Origin: Azolla caroliniana
Lineage: Eukaryota; Plantae; Polypodiophyta
Direction: 5' to 3'
DNA: 64,000 bases
NCBI GenBank assembly: GCA_043228905.1
Contig: JBHGNT010000005.1
Location: 15,438,001 to 15,502,000 of the forward strand
In this document: positions 35,886 to 46,490 of the stretch, one piece after another
Position numbering within the stretch: the first letter of the stretch is position 1
How the letters are laid out: every line of letters starts with the position of its first letter
Notes under the pieces: generated by a model
The model's database searches: none
What the model saw: the letters and a program-made list of their open reading frames with translations, nothing else
What the model was told of the DNA's origin: nothing
Translations under genes and position numbers: made by a program

Positions 35886-38800
35886 TGTAGAAATTCCGCG
35901 CTCGGCCACAACCGAGGAACAGGATCGATTCACAGAAAACGGGAAATACAACAATGCACGAAAAACAATAGAGAAGAGTACACACTGGAAGTTTTACGTG
36001 GAAAACCCTAAATGGGAAAAACCACGGGAGTGCAAGACTCCAACTATCACTATACGTGGGAATGTACAATGGCGAGCTGCAAGGCGACGACCTTGAGCTC
36101 GCTGTCCTCGCCACAGGCGGCGGTATTACACAGAGGCGTCGACCTCTTCCTTCCTCCTTCTCTCTCACACTCTCTCGGCTGCTCTCACTTCGCTCCCTCT
36201 TCGTGGAAAAACAGAAAAATGAGCAGCAACACTAAACTGTTTGCCCTAAGTCATATTTATACACATATGACTTTCGGGCTATTTACAAATATAGCCTCAA
36301 GGGCCCTTGGCAAACATATTCACAAATATGTCCCCGCATCCGGATCTCTCTCCGGGTACATTCATCATCCGGCTCCGTAGCCGGGTCTTCGTCATCCGGC
36401 TCCGTAGCCGGGGTCTTCATCATCCGGCTCCGTAGCCGGGTCTTCATCCGGCTTCATGCCGGGTACTCTTCATCCTCCGGTTCCGTAACCGCAACCGGGC
36501 TTGCCGTCATTCATCTCCGGACATCCCATCCGGAGGGACCGTAAATCCCAACAAACTCCCCCTTCACTTCGGCATGGGATGTCTCTCCAATCCGATCCTC
36601 TTCCGGCATGCTTCCAGCTTGTCGGGTGTAAGTACCTTGGTCAGCATATCCGACCCGTTCTCGTCCGTGTGGATCTTCGTCAGCACGAACTCCTTGTCTT
36701 CTATCCTTTCCCAGATCCAGTGATATCTTCGCTGGATGTGCTTCGTCCGGGAGTGATAGGCCGCGTTCTTCGCAAGGTGGATGGCACTCTGACTGTCGCA
36801 GTAGAGTCGGTACTCCTCTTGCCGGATACCGAGCTCTCTAATGAAGTCCTTCATCCATATTATTTCCTTGCCGGCTTCAACAGCCGCCATGTACTCCGCC
36901 TCCGTGGTTGACAACGCAACCGTCTTCTGCAGCCTCGACTGCCACGAAACAGCTCCCCCTGCATACGTCATCACATACCCTGATGTGGACCGGCTGGTAT
37001 CTGCATCAGCCGACATATCAGAATCAGTAAAGCCGTCGAGTTCGGGCTTACCGGAGCCGAATCGGAGGCACACGTTTGCCGTGCCCTTCAGGTATCGGAG
37101 TATCCACTTGGCCGCGTTCCAATGCTCTCTGCCGGGATTGCTCATGTACCGGCTCACCACTCCGACTGCATATCCTATGTCCGGTCTCGTACACACCATG
37201 GCGTACATCAAGCTCCTGACTGCTGAGGCATACGGCACTTCCATCATATCCTCCTTTTCAGCCTTTGTCTTGGGACTTTGCTTGCTGGTCAGCTTGCAGT
37301 TTGCCGGGAGGGTCGATCCGACCGGTCTTGCTTCCGACATGTTGAACCGTTGAAGCACCTTTGTCACGTACTTCTCCTGTGACAGCCACAACTGCTTCTT
37401 CTTTCGGTCCCGGATGATGTGCATCCCTAGTATTTGCCTCGCCGGACCCAGGTCCTTCATTGAGAAGGTTCGGTGAAGCGCTTTCTTCAGCGCCCGTATC
37501 TTGACCTGGTCCCGTCCGACGATCAACATGTCGTCCACGTACAGGAGGAGTATTAGAGAGTCTCCTCCTTCGAACTTCTTCACAAACACGCAGTGATCAG
37601 ACTGCGTTTTGTGGTACCCTTCGTCGGTCATGAAGGAGTCGAACTTCCGGTACCATTGCCGGGGAGCCTGCTTCAGTCCGTAAAGGCTCTTCTTCAACCG
37701 GCATACCAGGTGCTCCTTCCCTTTCTTCTCGAATCCTTCCGGTTGCTGCATGTAGATCTCTTCTTCGAGGTCACCGTGAAGGAATGCCGTCTTCACGTCC
37801 ATCTGTTCTACCTCGAGGTCCATGCTTGCCGCTATGCTCAGCACCGTCCGGATGGAGGTCATCTTCACTACCGGGGCGAATATCTCGTCGAAGTCGACGC
37901 CCTTCTTCTGCTGAAACCCCTTCACCACGATCCTGGCTTTGTATCTCGGGGGATTTCCGGCATCTCCCGGTTTCAGCTTGAACACCCACTTGTTTCGAAG
38001 TGCCCGCTTTCCTTTCGGCAACTCCACAAGTTCATATGTGTGGTTCTCATGCAGGGAATCCATCTCGTCCTGCATGGCACTCAACCACCTGCGGCTCTGG
38101 GTGTCATGCTTTGCTTCTTCAAAGCTCTCCGGCTCCCCCTCGTCGGTTAGCAGCACGTGCTCTGGTTCCGGAAATCTCCGGGGGGCCCTTCTCTCTCTTA
38201 GAGGATATCTCCGTTCCGGAGCTTCGGTAACCGGTTCTTCCGATTCTTCTTCATCCGAATCCATTTCGGGATCGGGGCCGGTTCCGGTATCATTTTCATC
38301 TTCTTCGGCCGGTTCTGTTTCTTCATAGTCTTCGGCCGGATCCTCGAGTGTTAACCGGTCCCTTGCCGGTCGGGACTGCTCCTCGTAGAGTTGATCCTCA
38401 CCGGTCGACTTGGAGCTCTTCATCTTCTTCTCCGACTCCCAGTCGGCGAGTGTCTTGTCCTCCATGAAGATGATGTCTCGACTCCTGAATATCTTCTTGT
38501 CGACCGGGTCCCATACTCGGTAGCCGAACTCTTCGTCGCCGTATCCGAGGAATATGCATGGCCGGGTCTTTGGATCTAGCTTTCCTCTCCGGTCCTTTGC
38601 CACATGCACGTATGCGAGACACCCGAACACTTTCAGATGCCGGTAGGACACTTCCTTACCGGTCCACACTTTCTGCGGCGTGTCTCCGTCCAAAGGTACT
38701 GAGGGTGATCTGTTTATCACGTATGTCGCCGTCGACATTGCCTCAGCCCAAAACCCCTTGGGTAATTTCGCATGCGCCAGCATACTCCGGACCCTCTCCA

Positions 38801-41335
38801 TTATGGTCCGGTTCATCCTCTCGGCCAGCCCGTTCAGTTCCGGCGTCTTCGGCACAGTAAACTCGAGCCGGATTCCCTTCGAGCGACAGTACTCCTGGAA
38901 CTGCCCCCGGTATTCCCCTCCGTTATCCGCTCGTATCGCTTTCAGCTTCTTGCCGGATTCCCTTTCCACTCTCGCGTGGAGTTCTTTGAAGACGGACAAC
39001 ACTTGGTCCTTTGTCTTCAACGGCGCCGTCCACAGCTTCCGGCTGTGATCATCAATGAAAGTCACGAAGTACTGGGCTCCGCCATGTGACTTCGTTTCTA
39101 CCTGACACACATCCGTGTGCACCAACTCCAATGGTGCGCTACGTCTCGTCGGTGGCCTTGAGTGGAAGGAGGTTCGGTTCTGCTTACCGGCCAGGCAATC
39201 GGTGCACTTCTCCAGGTGCACATGCTTCACTGGAATAAGGTTGTCTTCTGCAAGCCTCTTCATCCCCTTCTCACTCATGTGACACAGTCTCTTGTGCCAC
39301 AGCTCACCGGCAGTATCGGCTGCCACGTTCAGCTCCTCCGGACACGACCGGGCATTCATCAGGTACAGTGTGTTGTCTTTCCGGGCCCGAGCCACTATCA
39401 GGCTCCCTTTGCTGAACTTCATGACACCGTTCCGGATGCTACCCGTGTAGCCTTCATCATCTAGCCTCCCGGCCGAGATCAGATTCAATCGGACCTCCGG
39501 AACGTGTCGCACATCTTTCAGCAGCATCTTGCATCCGGTTGATGTCATCAGCCACACGTCTCCTATGCCGGCAATCCGGCACGTACCTTCATTTCCCATC
39601 CGGACACAGCCATGCTCACCGGCTGTGTAGGATGAGAAGTATTTCTTCTCCGGGGTCAGGTGGAACGACGCTCCGGAATCGACCACCCAGGTCATCTCTT
39701 CACCAGCAAGGTTCAGCTCCCTCTCTTCGGTAATGAGCATTATTTCTTCTTCACTTGCCGCGAGTGCCGTCGTTCCTTTCCGGTCCTGCCCTCGCCGATC
39801 CGGACCTCTCCGGTCCGTGGCTCCCCGGTATGCACCGTTTCTCTCCGGTGATTTCTTCGAATCGGTGTCGTCGGCTCCGTTGTCCTTTCGGTAATGCCGA
39901 CAATTCTTCCGGAAGTGCCCCGGCTTCCCACAGTGGAAGCACGTGGGCCTTCCTCTTGACTGCGACCGGGTCCCCGACTTCTCCCGTCTTTGCGGACTCC
40001 GGTTCCATTGTCTTCCCCGTTCCGATTCGGTAAGCAGCGCCTTCGAGTCGGAGGCCGGTTCTTTATCTCTCCGACGCGCTTCTTCGTTCAAAATGCTTGT
40101 CTTTACCGTTTGTAGAGACAAGTTATCTTCGGTGCAGGAGGTGCTGAGAGTCACCACCAAGTTCTCCCAGCTATCCGGCAATGTACACATCAGGATGATG
40201 GCTTGCATTGCATCCTCCAACGGGAACTTGATCGCCGCAAGCTGGTTCACGAATCCCATGAACGTGCTTACGTGTTCCACCATACTCTCGCCGTCCCGGT
40301 ACTTGAGGTTCACCATCTTTCTCATCAGGGAGGTCCGGTTCAATGCATTCTTCCTCTCGTAGAGGCCCGACAGCTTCCTCCACATCTCATATGCGTTGGT
40401 GTCGTTCGCCACATGTTGTAGAACGCTTACATCGACATATTGCCGGATCGTCGCTACGGCTTTCCGGTTCAGGAGCTTCCACTCCGACTCTATTACCCCC
40501 TTGGGTATCTCGGCATTGTCGATCGGTTCGTACAGGTCTCGGACGATGAGAAGGTCTTCCATCTTTATCTTCCAGTCGGCGTAGTTCTGTGAGTTCAACA
40601 CCATCATGCCCGGAGGCCCACTACCGCCGCCTTCCATTTTCTGTGTTACCGTGCTCTGATACCAGTTTGTAGAAATTCCGCGCTCGGCCACAACCGAGGA
40701 ACAGGATCGATTCACAGAAAACGGGAAATACAACAATGCACGAAAAACAATAGAGAAGAGTACACACTGGAAGTTTTACGTGGAAAACCCTAAATGGGAA
40801 AAACCACGGGAGTGCAAGACTCCAACTATCACTATACGTGGGAATGTACAATGGCGAGCTGCAAGGCGACGACCTTGAGCTCGCTGTCCTCGCCACAGGC
40901 GGCGGTATTACACAGAGGCGTCGACCTCTTCCTTCCTCCTTTTGTCTCACACTCTCTCGGCTGCTCTCACTTCGCTCCCTCTTCGTGGAAAAACAGAAAA
41001 ATGAGCAGCAACACTAAACTGTTTGCCCTAAGTCATATTTATACACATATGACTTTCGGGCTATTTACAAATATAGCCTCAAGGGCCCTTGGCAAACATA
41101 TTCACAAATATGTCCCCGCATCCGGATCTCTCTCCGGGTACATTCATCATCCGGCTCCGTAGCCGGGTCTTCGTCATCCGGCTCCGTAGCCGGGGTCTTC
41201 ATCATCCGGCTCCGTAGCCGGGTCTTCATCCGGCTTCATGCCGGGTACTCTTCATCCTCCGGTTCCGTAACCGCAACCGGGCTTGCCGTCATTCGTCTCC
41301 GGACATCCCATCCGGAGGGACCGTAAATCCCAACA
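35886..41335 (-). mobile_element. Element H: intact young Ty1/copia, sister of C
   Basis: 668-bp LTRs at 35886-36553 and 40668-41335 (about 3 mismatches seen). TSD AATCT at 35881-35885 and 41336-41340. Met PBS 40653-40664, PPT 36554-36565. Confidence 0.98.
36564..40637 (-). CDS. gag-pol: Copia Gag-Pol polyprotein, intact
   Basis: Uninterrupted ORF nearly identical to C. Real start is the ATG at 40637 (MEGGGSG), after the PBS. Confidence 0.97.
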   Translation of the reverse strand: MEGGGSGPPGMMVLNSQNYADWKIKMEDLLIVRDLYEPIDNAEIPKGVIESEWKLLNRKAVATIRQYVDVSVLQHVANDTNAYEMWRKLSGLYERKNALNRTSLMRKMVNLKYRDGESMVEHVSTFMGFVNQLAAIKFPLEDAMQAIILMCTLPDSWENLVVTLSTSCTEDNLSLQTVKTSILNEEARRRDKEPASDSKALLTESERGRQWNRSPQRREKSGTRSQSRGRPTCFHCGKPGHFRKNCRHYRKDNGADDTDSKKSPERNGAYRGATDRRGPDRRGQDRKGTTALAASEEEIMLITEERELNLAGEEMTWVVDSGASFHLTPEKKYFSSYTAGEHGCVRMGNEGTCRIAGIGDVWLMTSTGCKMLLKDVRHVPEVRLNLISAGRLDDEGYTGSIRNGVMKFSKGSLIVARARKDNTLYLMNARSCPEELNVAADTAGELWHKRLCHMSEKGMKRLAEDNLIPVKHVHLEKCTDCLAGKQNRTSFHSRPPTRRSAPLELVHTDVCQVETKSHGGAQYFVTFIDDHSRKLWTAPLKTKDQVLSVFKELHARVERESGKKLKAIRADNGGEYRGQFQEYCRSKGIRLEFTVPKTPELNGLAERMNRTIMERVRSMLAHAKLPKGFWAEAMSTATYVINRSPSVPLDGDTPQKVWTGKEVSYRHLKVFGCLAYVHVAKDRRGKLDPKTRPCIFLGYGDEEFGYRVWDPVDKKIFRSRDIIFMEDKTLADWESEKKMKSSKSTGEDQLYEEQSRPARDRLTLEDPAEDYEETEPAEEDENDTGTGPDPEMDSDEEESEEPVTEAPERRYPLRERRAPRRFPEPEHVLLTDEGEPESFEEAKHDTQSRRWLSAMQDEMDSLHENHTYELVELPKGKRALRNKWVFKLKPGDAGNPPRYKARIVVKGFQQKKGVDFDEIFAPVVKMTSIRTVLSIAASMDLEVEQMDVKTAFLHGDLEEEIYMQQPEGFEKKGKEHLVCRLKKSLYGLKQAPRQWYRKFDSFMTDEGYHKTQSDHCVFVKKFEGGDSLILLLYVDDMLIVGRDQVKIRALKKALHRTFSMKDLGPARQILGMHIIRDRKKKQLWLSQEKYVTKVLQRFNMSEARPVGSTLPANCKLTSKQSPKTKAEKEDMMEVPYASAVRSLMYAMVCTRPDIGYAVGVVSRYMSNPGREHWNAAKWILRYLKGTANVCLRFGSGKPELDGFTDSDMSADADTSRSTSGYVMTYAGGAVSWQSRLQKTVALSTTEAEYMAAVEAGKEIIWMKDFIRELGIRQEEYRLYCDSQSAIHLAKNAAYHSRTKHIQRRYHWIWERIEDKEFVLTKIHTDENGSDMLTKVLTPDKLEACRKRIGLERHPMPK

Positions 41336-44300
41336 AATCTTTCATTGAGACGGTCTGGTTCAAGGCCTTCTTTAGATTCCCGATTTTGGTTCGGTCCAGT
41401 CTGACAATCAGCATGTCATCCACATATAGTAAGGGTATCAGAAAGTCTCCTTCGTTGAATTCTTTCACAAATACATAGTGGTTGGCCTGTGTCTTGTGAT
41501 ATCCTTGATCGGTCATGAAGGAGTCAAACTTCTAGTACCATTGCTAGGGAGCTTGCTTTAGTCCATATAAGCTCTTCTTCAACCGGCATACCAGGTGCTC
41601 CTTCCCTTTCTTGGTGAATCCTTCTGGCTATTGCATGTAAATCTCTTCTTCGAGGTCCCCATATAGGAACGTCGTGTTGACGTCTAGTTGCTCTACCTTG
41701 AGGTCCATGCTCAACACAATCCGGATGGATGTCATCTTCACGACCAGGGCAAAGATGTCATCAAAATCCACTCCTTTCTTCTGTTGGAAGCCCTTCACCA
41801 CAATGCGGGCCTTATACCTTGGTGGATTTCCAGAGTCCCCCGATTTCAACTTGTACACCCACTTGTTCTGAAGCGCTCCCTTTCCCTTCGGCAGCTCTGT
41901 CAGTTCAAATGTGTGGTTCTGATGCAAGGAATCCATTTCATCATGCATGGCACTTAACCACTTGAGGCTATGAGTGTCTTTCTTTGCTTCTTCGAAGCTT
42001 TCCAACTCCCCCTCGTCGGTCAACAACACATGCTCTGCATCCAGAAATCTCTGGGGGGGCCTTCTCTCTCTCTAAGGGTATCTTCTTCCTTGGTTCTCGT
42101 CCATCATTTTCCTCCATCTGTTCTTCATCCGAATCCAATTCGGGGTCTTGTCTGGGTTCGGTGTCCAAATCCTCTTCAATCGGTTCGGTCTCTTATTCAG
42201 ATCTGGTCAGTCCTTTGAGTGTCCGACTTCTGGCCGGATGGGTCCTTGCATCTCTGTCTGTCAACCTGGAGTTCGCTATCTTCTTCTCCGACTCCCAGTC
42301 GGATATTGTCATGTCTTCCATGAAGACTATGTCTCGACTCTGGAAGACCTTCTTGTCGACCAAGTCCCACACCCAATAGCTGAACTCATCATCACCATAT
42401 CCAAGGAAGATGCATGGTCTAGACTTCGGATCCAACTTTGCTCTCTTGTCCTTTGCAACATGCACATAAGCGAGACAACTGAACACCTTCTGATGCCGAT
42501 AAGACACGTCTTTACCAGTCCATAGTTTCTGCGTTGGGTCTCCTTCCAAGGGTGCTGAGGGTGATCTGTTTATCAGATAGGTCGCCGTCATTAGCGCCTC
42601 AACCCAAAATGGCTTGGGTAACTTGGCATGTGCCAACCTACTCCGGACTCTCTCCATTACAGCCCGGTTCATTCACTTGGCCAACCCGTTCAGTTCCGGT
42701 GTCTTCGGCATGGTGAATTCGAGCCGGATTCCCTTCGACCGGCAATACTCCTCGAACTGCCCCCGGTATTCTCCTTCGTTGTCTGCTCGAACGGCCTTCA
42801 TCTTCCGGTCGGTTTCCCTTTCTACCCTCGCATGGAGTTTCTTGAAGATGGACAACACCTGATCCTTCGTCTTCAACAGTGATAGCCTTAGCTTCCAGTT
42901 GTGGTCAACTATGAATGTCACAAAGTACTGAGATCCGGCATGTGACTCCGTGTCCACTTGGCATACATCAGTATGCACAAGTTCCAGTGGTGCCTTCCAT
43001 CTCATCGATGGTCTTGACCGGAAAGAGGTTCGGTTTTGCTTGTCGGCCAAGTAGTCGGTGCACCTCTCAAGATGCATGTTATCTTCGACAGGTCTTCTCA
43101 TCCCTTTCTGGCTCATGTGACACAACCTCTTGTGCCGAAGCTCACCGGCATTTTGGGATTCCACATTCACTTCCTCTCGACATATCCAGGCATGCATCAA
43201 GTATAGAGTGTTGATCTTCCAGGCTCGAGCCACGATCAGGCTCCCTTTGCAAAACTTCATGACTCCATTCTGGATGCTACCCATGTAGCCTTCATCATCT
43301 AGCCGACCGGTTGATATCAGGTTCAATCGAACTTCCTAAACGTGTCGAACATCCTTCAACAACAACTTGCACCCGGTTGATGTTGTCAACCACATGTCTC
43401 CTATGCCGATAATTCGGCGTGCACCTTCATTTCCCATCCAGGCAAAACCATGATCTCCAGCTCTGTAGAATGAGAATCATTTCTGGTCGGGAGTTAGATG
43501 GAACGATGCTCCGGATTCGACCACCCAGGTCGTTTTGTCGCTAGCAAGATATAGTTCACTGCCCTCGGTGATTAGCAGGAGTTCTTCTTCACTTGTTGTG
43601 ATCGCTGACATTCCTTTTTGATTCAAACTCCTCCGGTTCTGACACTTCTTCGAGTCGGCACTATCGGTTCCTTTCTCCTTCTGAAAGTGTCGGCAATTCT
43701 TTTGGAAGTGCCCCGGTTTTCTGCAATAAAAGCAAATGGGCCTCCACCTTCACATTGACCTCGACCGCGATTTGTCCCGGTTTTGGGGACTCCGATTCCG
43801 GCCTCTTCCCCGGTTATGGTCATCTTTCGTGACCAAGTCCTTCAGATTGGTGCCGGACTCCCGGTCCTTCTGGCGAGCCTCTTCATCCAGCAGGATTGAT
43901 TTTACCCTTGCCAAGGACAATTGTTTTCCTTCCAGCCCGACATTGCCCAAGGTGACAACTAGCGTCTCCCAACTATTCGGGAGGGAACCGAACAGGTGCA
44001 ACGCAAGTACCTTGTCAATTAGAGGTACTGCTAGTGAGGTTGTTTGATTTATGAGCCCCTGGAATGCATTCATGTGCTCCGCCATGCTAGATCCGTCTTG
44101 GTACCAGAGTCTCACTAACTTCCGAAATACCGAAACCCGATTTACGGCATTTTTACTCTCCAACATGGTGCTGATTTTCTCCCATAGCACATCAGCCTTG
44201 TTTTCTTCATTGAAATTGTTCTATAGGCTCATATCAATGAAGCACCTAATGTACGTCGCAATCTTCATATGCATCACCTCCCATGTCGTGGCATCTAGCT

Positions 44301-44722
44301 TGTCCAGTTTCTTGTCCCCGAACTATACCGACAACCAGAGATCTTTGACCACAAGCTTGTCCCTCATCTTTGAATTCCATACTAGGTAGTTGGAGCCGAT
44401 GAGCTTGAACATGCTTCCGAATTACTCTTCCATTTTCTTCAAGGTTTAGAACCTGTGCTCTGATACCAATTTGTGCAGAATAGTGGTCAGCCACAACCGA
44501 GTCTTAAACACTCAATGGAAGAAAGCTGGAAATAGAAAGCGAGATTAATGCACTTACATAGTATGAGACGACACTAGATGTTTACATGGAAAACCCTAAT
44601 AGGGAAAAACCACGGGAGTCCACAGACTCCAACTATCACTATAAGAAGAGGATACCAAGCGAGACTCGGAAGTAACGACCTCACACTCTATGTCTTCGCG
44701 AACCGGCGGTTACAACAAAAGA

Positions 44723-44771
<49 letters not shown>

Positions 44772-45014
44772 AACGGTAATAATAACAACTCTAATGATAA
44801 CATAAGTGGTTTCCCTAAGTCATATTTATACTTATATGACTTTAGGACTATTTACAAATATGCCCATGACAAGCCCTCTAGAAACATATTTCTAGATATG
44901 TCCCTCGACCCGGTTCACACCGGATTCATTTGGATATCTTCCAGATCCGTCCGATTCGGCTCCTCCGGTTCTCATCTGAATCCTATCCGAAGGGACCAAA
45001 TTCCCAACAGTTAT

Positions 45015-45275
45015 TTCGCTACCACACTTTATACTGCTTAGCTAATTAGCTACTACACTATTATTAGATTGGCAGTAGGTACCTCGCTACCACACTTTAT
45101 ACTGGTAATTAGCTACTACACTATAGATTGGCAGTAGTTAATTAGCTGCCACACTTTATACTGCTTAGGTAATTAGCTAAGTTACACTATAGATTGGCAA
45201 TACATAATTAGCTACCACACTTTATACTGCTTAGCTAATTAGCTAAGTTGTAGCTAATTAACTACTACACTATAG
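45015..45275. repeat. Palindrome array, right segment
   Basis: agctaattagctac with ccacactttatactgct and tacactatagattggcag spacers. Confidence 0.88.
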
Positions 45276-45579
45276 AGCCAAGCACCAAATTTACCTGTTT
45301 GTTTTCTCTACTCATCAGTAGTGCAACAAGCAGTCGTCATACAACTTTGCCTTGCCTTTCACTTTGGGCACTCTAAACCAGTCTATATGACTAATCAATT
45401 TATCTATTAGCACATTAGGGTCAATACCCTCAAGTGACAAACACATGTACGTGGTTGAAGTCCTCCTTTGTCTTGCAAAACTTGGCAAAATCAATTGGGA
45501 GGAATGTTACCTCTGCTCTGCTGGAACATGTGTATTTAGAATCATAATAGTAGGCAAGAATAAAAAATAAAAAATCAAG

Positions 45580-46490
45580 CACATGCATCAAAATCCAAAA
45601 TCAAGTTTGGGGGAAATTTACAGACTAACAGACATTGTAATCAGAAATGTGTATTCATGCAAAATTTCAACCTTAAATTAGAAATTTTCATTCATAATCA
45701 GAAATCAACCGCTTAAAGAAACCCTAATTAGAAATCAAATTTGGGGGAAATTTTCAAACAGACAAACATTGTAATCAGAAATGTGTATCAATGTAGTTTT
45801 TCAACCCTAATCAGAAATTTCCAACCCTCATCAAAAATGTGTATCAAATGAACCCGAAATAAAAAATGTTCAACCTTAATCAAAAATCAAGTTTGGGGGA
45901 AAACATTGTAATCAGAATTGTGTATTCATGCAAATTTCATTCGTAATAAAATATCAGAAACCCTAATCAAAATCAAGTTTGAGGGGAATTTACAAACAAA
46001 GACATTGTAATCAAAATTGTGTATTGATACAAAATTCATTCGTAATTAGAAATCAACCCTAATCTGAAAAATGTATGAAATCAACCCTAATCTGAAATTT
46101 TGACAATAAAAAACACACTTGTTGCTATACCCCGATTTTCGTGACATCCTTGTTTGGGACTCCAATGACTTCGCCCTAATCATTTTTTGTAAAAGATGAC
46201 CAAGCAAGATAGTTATTAGAAAGGAAAAAAAGTAAGATTTTTGAAAGCATGTAACGTGTAACTGATGCATACCTTGACGAAGATTTTTGGAATCAACCCT
46301 AATCAAAAAATTTGACAATCAGAAACACATATGCTACTACACCCTGATTTTCATGACATCCTTGTTTGGGACTCCAATGACTTCACCCTAATCATTTTTT
46401 GTAAACGATCAACATGCAAGACAGTTATCAGAAAGGAAAAAGAGTAAGATGTTTGAAAGCATATAACGTGTAACTGATGCATACCTTGAT
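45580..46490. repeat. Degenerate tandem repeats rich in AACCCTAATC/ATCAGAAAT, including a ~210-bp tandem duplication (~46080-46290 / 46290-46490)
   Basis: Recurrent 'aatcaagtttgggggaaa..acattgtaatcagaaatgtgtat' and duplicated 'gacatccttgtttgggactccaatgacttc..gcataccttga'. Confidence 0.8.

Larger units (their letters stand above)
34994..44433 (-). pseudogene. Fragmented gag-pol of element F (34994-35885 and 41341-44433, split by H)
   Basis: Gag KNAVNRVSVFRKLVRL, integrase, RT YVDD and RNase H pieces. RT resumes across the H TSD. Confidence 0.9.
29359..45009 (-). mobile_element. Element F: decayed Ty1/copia (A-like) hosting G in its 3' LTR and H in its RT
   Basis: 5' LTR 44472-45009. 3' LTR split into 29359-29759 and 34867-34983. 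PBS 44457-44468, PPT 34984-34994. TSD GCTAT/GTTAT. Confidence 0.92.

Noticed and set aside
40638-40736. N-terminal extension of the H polyprotein (1390-aa ORF call)
   Set aside because: Starts at a non-ATG codon inside the LTR/PBS; homology with C places the start at 40637.
45580-46390. Interstitial telomere
   Set aside because: AACCCTA motifs are dispersed in longer units, not tandem TTTAGGG.
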